Assembly: GCA_032718475.1 (NCBI GenBank)
Contig: JAUCBJ010006471.1
Coordinates: forward strand, 5,973 to 69,972
Direction: 5' to 3'
From: Nemertoderma westbladi
Taxonomy: Eukaryota; Animalia; Xenacoelomorpha
DNA length: 64,000 bases
Shown here one piece after another: positions 36,001 through 48,000 of the stretch. Position 1 is the stretch's first letter; every line of letters starts with the position of its first letter. A program made the position numbers and the translations under genes. The notes under the pieces were generated by a model. That model was not told where the DNA came from. It made no database searches and saw only the letters and a list, made by a program, of their open reading frames with translations.

Positions 36001-39000
36001 ACTTTAACACGATATACAAGATCATTGTATCGGGTGCGGGCGTATATGTAGGAATCGAAAGTTCCTGGTGCGATAGCATTTATTTGCCCTGTAATTTCTT
36101 TCCACACTCTTGTCTGTTCTTCCTTCTTATTGGCGTGTTGCATTATATATTTTTGTTCTTTATACAGATTTAAAAAGAAGAGTTTCGTCACTTCGTCTAA
36201 GTTCTTATTTCGGGAACCTCGTTGTTGTGGAATTTCGACAACTAGGCTATATAAACAACTACTTCACTTAAAAATATGAAATCTAACTAAAACTTCACAA
36301 TAACCAAAACTAATACTTCTCAAAATGGAAGTTTAGTAGCTGATCTGAAAAAAATACGAAATCATATACTATTGTGGCACTAAACTATATCCATTTCTAT
36401 AACTACGTTGACCAACTTTGATGAATCAATTAGTTCCTTCCACAGCATATTTTTAGAAATTTTTTTCTCATTCGATTTGTGGTAGCTATTAAATTTTGTA
36501 TGGTAACTAGTAGGGATGTCCCGGAATCGATATACAGCGAACAATGCGGGATGGGTAGATTAGCACTAGATGGACATTTTTTTTTGTCAGTTCACTGTAA
36601 ATTGTTACTGGTACTAGTGTTGCCCGTGTCACCATTATTCTGCCTTTCATAATAGCTGTTTTTGGTTTGACATCCAAAAATATCGGTACTAGTGTGCACA
36701 CCCCCCCCCCCCCCTCAAATTTTTTATACTAGCTAGTTTTTATTCCTTTTTTTAAAATGTTCTAGAACCGTATTATCTATTCATTTAATATAAACGTTTT
36801 GTTCTAGAACAAATATTTTTTGTTCTAGAACAAAAAATAGAAAAAAACTAGCTAATTTGTTTATCTTTTTCATTTTTTATTGTATGTTATATTTGTATAA
36901 ATTTTTTTAACTAGCTAGTTTGTGTTTCCTTTATTTAAAAAAAATGTTCTATAGCATATTATTTATTCATAATATAAAAATTTTGTTCCAGAACAAAAAA
37001 AAAACAAAAAAAACGGTTGATATATGTTTTATCACTTTCCTTTACTACCGCTATGGTGACTAGATTCTAGAACACAATTATTGTGGCAAAATGTCTTTAG
37101 GCAAGTTAAATTTGCGTGAATTGGTGCTACGTACAAGTACTGTAGCTGATTCATTACAGCTATGCAGAGACAATTTTCTGTTGACAACCAGCAGTACTTG
37201 TTTGTGTGGTAGTGATATGAAACTTCGGGCGACGAAGCGCTGCAAGGATGGAGAAATTTGGCGTTGCCCACGTCCCTGCCTGAAGGAGAGCACAATAAGG
37301 AAAGGTTCTTTTTTCGCTGGAAGTAATTTACCAATAAGTACACTTCTTGAATTCTCGTACTATTGGGCCTATGAAGAAGTGTCCATGGAAAAGGCGAGGC
37401 GGGAATTCGGAATGAGCGACCACACCACTGTTGATTGGAAGAACTTTCATCGAGATATTTGTGCACAGTCGTTATTAAACAATTCAGCAAAAATTGGTGG
37501 TAGTGGGCACATTGTGGAGGTGGATGAGATAGTACAATTGTATAAATGTTAAGAAATTGAGAGGGTGTGGGGGTATACTGCAGAAGTACCAAAAAAACTA
37601 GCTAATTTGTTAATTTTGTTAATCTTTTATTCTATGTTGTCTTTGTATCACAAATTTAATAAATATCACTAGCTATAATGAAAATTTGTAGTTGTTAGTA
37701 ATTGTTTTTAACACTTACTAATCAAATAAAAAACACCACAAAATATATTTTTTTAATGTTCTATAACATTTTTTAAAAAAGTATGAAGAACTAGCTTTGA
37801 TAACTTCAAAAATACCGAATTAATTAATTTTGTTCTAGAACAACAATTGTTTGTTCTAGAACAAAATTAATGAAAAAAAATAAATAGACAATATGTTATA
37901 GAACATTAAAAAAAAGTATCAAAAACTAGCTAGTATAAAAAATTTGAGGGGGGATGTGCACAAAACACACTAGTACCAAAAATATGAAAATACCAAAAAA
38001 ATACCAAAACTACAAAACAAAACATAATGTTTTCGGCTATTGATTTATGTTCTTGACATATTTTGGCGATGTGAAAAAAAAAATGTTTTAAAGAAAATGA
38101 AAACAAATGTTTATGGTAGCTATTGTTTTCAATGGTATGTACTGTTTTAATAATGTAGCTAGTGTTTTTTTAAATACCACAAAATCTTTATTTTTTTATA
38201 TGCCATTTCATTGCTAAATTCTTGGCACAAATCCTACTGTACTTTAAATGCATCTTTGCAATAAACAATGGGCCTTGTTTTGCGTCGCAGATCCATCTTT
38301 TGAAATAAACGGCGAAGTGAAAATAGTTGAAGTATCATATTATTCTATATACATGCAAAGTTTACTGAAAAGTAGTCGTAGCTTTTGGAAGGAATATATA
38401 TATTTTCCAAAATTGTGAAAAAATAGATAATTAAAAATGTAAATTATAGTTATAGTTCAACTAAATTGTGATTAATGCTGATTGTATTGAGATTGCAGCT
38501 GAAGATATTTTTACTACGTCATAAATTACAGGGATTATCTTTAAAGGAATCTCTGAATGGGGATCCATAATTGCAATCGAAAAAGTGCGAATCCACAATC
38601 TAATCCAAAGTAATCTAAGTTTTGAAGCTTAATAAAACATCAATAAGCTACTGGATTTCTACCACCTGGCAGTTTTAGCTACAAAATATGTTTTATTTTT
38701 ATAGCTAACAACTGCATAGTTTGGGATAAATAATTATTATTCTGGAATAATTAACTTGTAATGAATCAATTTCCGCCATAAAGAAAGATATCAAATAATG
38801 TATTCTTAACACAACACCAAAACACACTAAATAAATATTAGCTACACTATTTATTTTAGTTACTAAAGAGATTTATTGTATAGTAACCAATGAACATTTA
38901 GTGCTGCACGAGTGACGTCACTCGTGCAGTTTTCTGAAACAGCCTGATTTTTCGATGTTGCTAATTTTGCGTTTTAAAATCGCTATAACTCGGCCAATGT

Positions 39001-42000
39001 TTTTCTTTTTTAAGTAAAATTGCTCTCTGGGGTTCTTTTCACATGCTCTTTCACATGAAACCAACGAAAACTCGACAAAAAATTTCCAAGTCGTCTACCC
39101 CATTGGAGTAAATAGGTAACCCCGGTTGACGACATTTTGATATTTACGAGCCTCCACCAACTCAAGCCCCTCAGAGTAATGCCCTCATGTTGATTGGCTA
39201 GTGGAGATCTGGCTGGGGGCGAGATGATCTACGACAGTTATGTCCAAGGTGATGGTTTTACCGTGACTCCAAGGGATGGGAGACATTCCATTAACATGTT
39301 TCTCATCGCAGCGGCATCAACTGGGCGGCTCGAGGATGGTGGGTAGACCTCACTTAACTGAATAAAAATTTACCTTGTGGATTGATTGGTAGTCCACGCA
39401 TTCTGTTTTTCTGATGGAAGAAGATGATGAAGATGCAGGGCTTCAGCAGAAACTGGGTCGAGCAGTAGAAGAGGTGCAGTTGTGGTGAACAGCGAGCTGC
39501 ACTGCTGAACTCAAGGCGAAGCCACTCAGTCTGGCTGGGAGTGTGGCTTGGACCCAGGCATTGTCTCTGATGATGGTTGTGTTGGTGATGGTGATGTGAT
39601 CTCTTGGTGTAAATTCTGGATGGTGGAGTCATACTTCTGGAGCAACTGGGGGATTGAAAACATGGGCCTGTGCAGAGGAAGTATATTAATTTTGGGATGG
39701 AGAAAGACTTCTGGAGGAGAACAAATGCATGGTGGCTATCTAGATGAGGGAGCCTGCCATACATGATAAGGTCATTGACCTTAGGAAAGGCAGCTCTCCA
39801 AAGCATTTCGAAAGTAATGGGAGCTCCTAACATAACAAAAACATCATTGCTGGGTGTGAGGATGTTGGGGCAGATCTAATTAAACTTGGAAATGATATAG
39901 GCACGATCTGATGGGTCTATGTAACCAAGAAAGAAGAGTTCACATTTCGATGGGTTTATCCGAACACCTAGCTTTTCTTCCTCTATGATAATTAGCTGAA
40001 ATTCACTCAGGAGTGTGGTGTACGTTCCTGTGAGATTCCCATTGTCTAAGTACCATACATTGAATGGCAAGCTGAGCTTATATATATGTTGATTGACCTC
40101 ATCACTGAATAAATTAGAGGGCCACCCTGGGTCACCTTGATACAAACCCTCCTCAGACATTAGAACAGAGTCACTGTATATTATGTAGCTCGGGGAACCA
40201 TAGGCTGAGTGGATATAATTATAATTTCAGGGTGGCGGGAAGCAACAACCCAATTTGAATAATCAATTTGAAATATAATAGAATAATTAAATAAATATAT
40301 AAATAATATAAATGGTAATAATAAATTATGCCCCCCCCCCCCCCCCTCCCCCCCTCTATGCACTACTAGGTCGAAATGAGTGACTAGGTCGACAGTGGAA
40401 ATGAGATCCTTCCAGGCTTCCCGATTCTCCATAGTTGTCGCAATTTTGATTCTCCCAAGTTCAGTATCCCTTTCAAGCTGGTCTATATATGTTATAGCAT
40501 GTCATCCACAGGTGCACTTTCCTTGAGTTGGTAGCCAGAAAACTAGATCTGGTATGACCTTGTCTGTACTTCTCCAGCAGTGCCCACTGAATCTTAATCT
40601 GCATTCACAGATGGTGGATGATACAGGTGGAATTGTACCATAGACCTCGGCGTTTGTCATGTGTTGTCTCCAGCTGATGTTTCGGGCTGCCCTTATTAGT
40701 CTTGTGTAGCAACTATCAATTCGATGTTCAAGTGATTTCATGAGTGTCCAGGTCTCACCTCTGTATAACAGTACACCTTCCACTGTGGCTCGAAAGAACT
40801 TAGTCTTCAGGTGCCTGGATAGATCTGATTTCCAGATGGTATCCATTTTTATTATAGCTAACCACACATTTGCTTACCTAACTTCTATGTCTTTTTTGCT
40901 ACGAGCTAACCATGCATTTGCTTTCCTAACTTCTATGTCTTTTTTGCTACTCTCTATCTATGATCCAAGGTACTGGAAGTCGTCAACCTTCCTTAGTTGA
41001 TTATTATTAATTGTTGTTGCCAAGTTTCCATCAACATTAAAACTCATGGATTCGCTCTTGGTAGCATTTATATGCAATCCAACCTCCTTAGCAGCCCTCT
41101 CCACTTTATTCAGTAGAAGCTGTGCATCTGCTAGTGTATTAGAGATCAGTGCGATGTCATCCGCAAAGTTGGTATCTGCAAATATAGTAGCCGGATATCT
41201 ACTACTTCTGCGTTCTTGAAGTGTGAATCCCAGTTCACCCTTTGTGGCTGTCCTCATTGCGTAATCCAGTACAATTACAAATAGTAATGGCGCAAATGTG
41301 TCACCTTGGAGTACACCAGCCAGGATTGAAAAGAACTCAGTTTCACCATCTTGTAAGAGTATCTGAGCTTGTGTGTCGCAATATAATAATCCAATGCCAG
41401 TCACAATTACCTCTGGTATTCCATAAGCTCTTAGGATTTCCAGCATTTTACCTCTATGGATGGAGTCGAATGCTTTCTTGAAGTCCACAAAAGTCAGGAC
41501 TGCAAGGAGATTCTTTGACATAATTCCCCAATAAGTCCCATAGTGAAGTATGTGAGCTATTGTTGGTCGAAATCCGTTTTGGCTCTTATGCAGCAGTTTC
41601 TCTATGTGAGGTCTAATTCTATATAGAATCATTTTGTTGTATATTTTGGCAGCTACCACAAGCAGACAGATCCCACGATAGTTTGTTGGTATATCGAGGT
41701 CTCCTTTCTTAGGGAGAGGCTTTAGTTGACGTTTAGTCCAAATTGGTGGTAGCATTTCCCCTTTCAGCATCCAGTTGCAAACATATAATAATGGTCTGTT
41801 TAGCACTCCTATTTTCCATACCTCTGCAGAGATTTCATCTACTCCACTCGCTTTAAGATTGGATATGCTTTTAATGCTTCTTTGGAGTTCAGCAGGTGTG
41901 ATGTCCACTGTTTCTATTTGTAGCACCTTGTCATATATTTTCCTTGTAGGGCTGACCTCGATGTTTGGTGGCTGCCCAAGCAAGTTGTTAAAGTGATCAT

Positions 42001-45000
42001 TCCATTTTCCAACATATTCTTCAGGACTATCAGGTTTGAGGCGCCCCTTAGCACAACGTTTTCCTACCAGATACCTCATTTACAGTTTCCCAGGTAAGTC
42101 TTAATTGTTGCTGAATGTGAGCAGTTGTAATTTTTTCAATTTTATCCTGTATGTCCTTCTCCTGGCTGATGTTATAGGCCAATTGTTATTGTTTTCGGTT
42201 GTTGGTTGTTTGATTTTTACTTTGTAAGCTATCTTCTCTCTTACACTATGGCACATACTCTTTTCGTTTGGATTTCTGGAGAATATGCCTCTTCGCTGAT
42301 TCCTTGTGGGATTTTATTGTATTCTGGTATATTGAATCGGTAGACTGGTCTTCATCCATGACTGAAGTATTTCTAAGCGGTTTTAACTTCTACTGTGTAA
42401 GTATCCTTTACTGCATTATCAGTTCCGAGTTACTCCCAGTCATAGTTGATTCGCTTGCTTGCCTGGGTATGCTGGCTCTCAAACTGAGTCTGATCTCTGC
42501 AGCACGATTCTGTGGTCCGAACCAATTAGGTTGAACGAGCTGTATGCCTCGCAGTTGATCATGCTGTTTCTCCACTTTTTGTTTATAAGGATGTAATTCA
42601 GTTGTGCTTTGGTTCCATTTGGGTATTGAAAGGTCCATAGCTTCCCCCTACTCTTTTCGAATGTGTTGTTTGTTGGTATCAATTCATACTCTTCCATTAG
42701 GTCGAAAAGTAAGTACCCATTTCTGTTCAAACTGGTGTTATAGGTGTAACCCTTGATGTCTTCTGGGCCAATTTGCGCATTTAAGTCACCAGCAATGACA
42801 TTGTTTTGGAATGTTCTTTATAAGTCCAAAACTTACGTTGTGATTTATAAATGAATGAGATTTACAAGTCCTGGAATTTATAGTTGTTTATTTATAATTG
42901 TATAATTTGTAATTATAAATTGTATAATGTTAATTTATAGTTGTTTAGAGAAATGGGCTTAGCAGAATTCCTACTCCACCAATTGATGCATTGGCCGAAT
43001 TTCTTTCTGCTGAGCTTGTTACTAACGCCCATCCATTTCCAATGTCATAGTACTTCATGGCAGTGTCTTCATGGCAAATCCGATGTTCTTGGATTCAAAC
43101 ATTTCAACAGGTTAGTTCTTCTTTCTTCTCTGTCTTCTGTTCCAGCATCTGATTTTTGACCCCAGCCTGGTGTACCACTAAGGGACGCAGTCCTTTTTGA
43201 TCCAGGCGACGACTGAGCCGGTATTTCTCCTGGGGAGTCCTCATACTCATATCTTTTAGTTGCGGGAGTAAACCGCTTGTGGTCGCAACTCCTACAAGCG
43301 TCTTCGAAGTAGGCCGCCGTTGGTTGATTACCTTTCACTGACCTTGTCTGCATGGCTAGTCGTTGGTTGATTACCTTCCGCCTATCCGACTGTAGGGGGG
43401 GGGGGGGGGGGGGGGGGGCTTTTTATGACAACATTCCTAAACAAATTACTAGATGCACCAATCAAACAGTTGAAACTACTAGAGACATCACTATAACCAA
43501 CTTTCTTAAGGAACACTTTGTTACTGTAGGTTCTAAACTAATTAGAGATATCCCAACAACAAATTGTTCCTATTCCACTTCATTTCCAACGTCAACCCAA
43601 ATTATCTCCCTCTCACTGAAACCAGTCCCTTAGAAGTAGAATACCTATTGATAACCTCTAAACGCTAAATTTGTGACGGATGGCCCTTTCCCAGCTAAGT
43701 TACTATTACTACTACACTAGGTTGAGCGAGTTTGGACATATGTTACTTTATTTAAGCTACTATTACTTGCAGCCAAACTTGTATGCTTACATCTAATCAA
43801 TTTGATTAATATATCACCATTAAGTTAGATTTTATCCCGAATTCCTTAAAAATCGTTCTTCTCTCTTAAAAATCTGAAGATCCATCTGATGCAATAACTA
43901 TAGGCCGATCTCGCTTCTTCCCGTTTTAATGAAAATATTTAAACAAATAATTAATTCCCAGTTACTCTCATATCTAACCAAATACAAAATTGCAACTAAT
44001 TAACGGCCCAAAATTTCGACCTCACACACCTCAATTGAAAAAGTTCGCCAGGCCTTTGACAACAAATTTAATACATACGCGATATAAAAATACCTAAAGA
44101 AGGCATTTGATATAATTAACCACAAAACACTTATAAATATTTTTGCTAAAATTGCTAAGGCATTCACGGCCTTCTACAACTACTTACTAGCTTTTTTTAC
44201 ATTTTTTTTCAAAATCCTCTCGACCCTTTATTAACCCTATTAAACCCGGGGGGGGGGGGGTCAATATGACCCCCCCCCCCCCGTGGTTTTTTCATTATAA
44301 TTCTGAAACAATTTTTTAACCCTACTTTTGGCACTTTTTTTGAGACGTTTTTTGATTTTTACATTTCATTAAATATGAATTGTAACTTCTCTATTTTTTA
44401 TTTACACCGGTTTTTTGGTGTTAGAAATTGGATGGAATTCATATAAATTGATTTAGAAATGTCAAACTTGTTTTTTTCGGTGGGTGCCAAATTTTGGTGC
44501 CAGCACCAAATTTTGAAATATGTCAATTTTGTAAATTGATTGTTTGAAACTTGTTTTTTACGCAATTGGGGTTTTTTGGGGTTCTGGATTCGATGAAATA
44601 TATACGAGTTGCACCAAGCGTATCAAACTCGTATTTTTCGGTGCTGTGTGCAAATTTTGGTGCTAGCACGAAATTTTGAAAATCCATTCAATAGATAAAA
44701 TTGCTTGTGACAATTTATTTCATGCGTTTTAGAGGTTTATAGCTGTTCTGAATTCCATGGAATATATAATAATCGAACTAGACATCTCAAACTTTTATTT
44801 TTCGGATGTGGGTGCAAAATGTGGTGCTAGCACCAAATTTTGAAAACCATCAAATATATCAATTGATTGTCTCACCTTGTTTCTTGCGTTATACGGGTTT
44901 GTGATGGTTCTGAATTCAATGGAATCAGTAAAAATTTCATAAGAGTTCTCAAACTTGTATTTTTCGCCGGTGGGTGAAAATTGTTGTGCCAGCACCAAAT

Positions 45001-48000
45001 TTTGGAAAATATGCAAATTGATCAGTAGATACTATCACCTTGTTTCTTGCGTTATACGGGTTTATGAGGGTCCTGAATCCGATGGAATCAATAAAAACAG
45101 CACTGGACATCGCAAACTTGTACTTTTTGGTGATGGGTACGAAATTTGGTGCTAGCATCAAAATTTGCCAAATTACGCCGAAAAATACAAGTAGCAATGA
45201 TCTGGCATATTAGAAATGTATTCCATTAGAATCAGCGCCCTCGAAAACCTGAAAATGTGAATTTATAGCATCGTATAAGTGAATTAAAAATTTTATGTTC
45301 TAACTGAAAAATGCTGGTTACTTGTTTTTTTCATTTTTTTCCTACGCAGAGAGGACTAAACAGACATTTATAGTAATCATATCATTTTTTAATATTTTCC
45401 AATGTATTTTGGCCCCAGAAAACCTGTATTGAAAAATAATTAGCCGAAAATGTAACTTTCAAATTTTGTGAAAATTGTGCACTACTTGTAATTTTGGTGC
45501 TGCAATATAACCACCCCAGTACATTTTTTCGAAATTTTTTTTTTTTCGGTCGGATCCAGACAAGTAATACCTACGTACAAACAAAAAATCAGACGTTTTC
45601 GTAAATATTTGTAGATTTTAGAGGGAGGGGGGGGGGTCAATATGACCCCCCCCCCCCCCCCTCCGGTATTTGTACAACATTTTATAGCCCGGTACTAATA
45701 GGGTTAAACTCGCTTACCCACGGTAAATAAAATGCCCATGAAATAAATGATTATTATTAAATAGAAAAGGGAAAATAATTGTAATTCTAAGCAAAAAAAC
45801 GGAAAAAAATATGCTACTAAACAAAAATAGGAAATAATTACATTCTAAACAAAATAGGAAAAAAATTATTTTCACCCCATAAAAGGAAAATGCAGAAAAT
45901 CGCCAGCGACCAAATCCACTGGTATATTATATAAGCATTGCCACTTTTTATATATATAAATAATTTTACCCATATTTTTTCAAATTATTTTTTTTACCCA
46001 TTTTATTGTTCTTTTTTACCCATAAATATTATAACATCCAGATTTTCAGAATGTCAACTGGCAGACCGTTTCCCTATGGAGCCCCTAAAGGGACATGCAA
46101 AATATATTTTTTTCTATCTTGTACGCACAACTTAGTATCTTGTACGCACAACTTAGTATCTTGTGCGCAAAACTTAGTATCTTGTGCGCACAACTTAGTA
46201 TCTTGTGCGCACACCATAGTATCTTGTGCGCACAAATTAGTATATTTTGCGCACAACTTAGTATCTAGTACGCACAACTTAGTATCTTGTGCACACAACT
46301 TAGTAACTTATGCGCACAACTTAGTATTTTGTGAGCACAACTTAGTATGTTGTGCGCACAACTTAGTATCTTTTGCGCATAACTTAATATATTGTGCGCA
46401 CAACTTAGTATATTGTGAGCACAACTTAGTATGTTGTGCGCACAACTTATTATCTTGTGCGCACGACATAGTATCTTGTGCGCACAACTTAGTATCGTGT
46501 GAGCACAACTTAGTATGTTGTGCGCACAACTTAGTATCTTGTGCGCACGACATAGTATCTTGGGAGCACAACTTAGTATCTTGTGCGCACAACTTAACTA
46601 ATTTGTCTAACAACTTAGCTTACACGTGTTCTATAACATATACAGGTACAGTATATAAAAAAGTAGATAAAACTAGCTAGTATAAAAATTTAAAAATGTG
46701 ATCTAGACCCAAAAAAATGTGTTCTAGAACAAATTTTTTTTTCAAAATTGAGAGCTAGCACATCTGTAATATTTCTAAAAAATAGCAAAAACTAGTTAGT
46801 ATAAAAAATATGGTCAATGGGTGGTACCCAAGGTGTATTAATGCCATTTATTTGCACTTGCACTGTTGTACTCTATACACTGTAATATTGTACCATAATT
46901 CTAAATAAAATGATCACAATATTTTTACTCGCAATATTTTTACTCCAGATATTTTTACTCTCGATTTTTTTACTCTCGATATTTTTACTCTTGATATTTT
47001 TACTCTCGATATTTTTCAATACTCCATATTTTTACTCTCGATATTTTACTCTTGATATTTTTCAACTCTTGATATTTTTACTCTCGATATTTTTACTCTC
47101 GATATTTTTTAAACTCGCGATATTATTGATATTTTTCAACACTCGATATTTTTACTCGTGTTATTTTTACTCTCGATATTTTTCATGTCTCGATATTTTT
47201 CAATATAACCAATACACGGATCTTACGGAATCGAATCGCGTTAAGCAACCAAAGATCTTAAATCTTAAAGATCTTAAATTAATGAATTTAAAAATAAAAA
47301 TGTGCAACAGGCCGCCTATTATTTATATAATTGCAGAAAATATATATGGTAGTGGAAATTATTGTGGATAATGCTACAAAGGGAAGGCATTGATTGCATC
47401 ATCACTTACTGTTAGGTGCAACTCCTTTAAGGGAAGGCATTGATTGCATCATCACTTACTGTTAGGTGCAACTCCTTTAAGGGGAGGCATTGATTGCATC
47501 ATCACTTACTGTTAGGTGTAACTCCTTTAAGGGAAGGCATTGATTGCATCATCACTTACTGTTAGGTGTAACTCCTTTAAGGGAAGGCATTGATTGCATC
47601 ATCACTTACTGTTAGGTGTAACTCCTTTAAGGGAAGGTATTGATTCCATCATCACTTACTGTTAGGTGTAACTCCTTTAAGGGAAGGCATTGATTGCATC
47701 ATCACTTACTGTTAGGTGCAACTCCTTTAAGGGAAGGCATTGATTGCATCATCACTTACTGTTAGGTGCAACTCCTTTAAGTGAAGGCATTGATTGCATC
47801 ATCACTTACTGTTAGGTGCAACTCCTTTAAGGGAAGGCATTGATTGCATCATTACTTACTGTTAGGTGTAACTCCTTTATCGAAGGTAATTGTTTAGGAG
47901 CTGGAAATTCAATCATGTTTCGGTTATTCATTATCTTGAGAACAGTCAAACTTGGTAAACTTTCAGTAACCGGAAATTTGGGAAAAAATGTCTCACTTAA

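Noticed and set aside
43180-43394. HDV-like ribozyme at the RTE 5' end
   Set aside because: Hairpins and a 17-bp direct repeat are present, but I could not build the nested double pseudoknot by eye.
46006-47371. ORFs of 224 aa (HNLVSCA repeats) and 153 aa (IFLLS repeats)
   Set aside because: Products of the 21-bp and 15-bp tandem repeats.
47381-47880. Regular 50-bp array as CRISPR
   Set aside because: Pure tandem repeat with no unique spacers.
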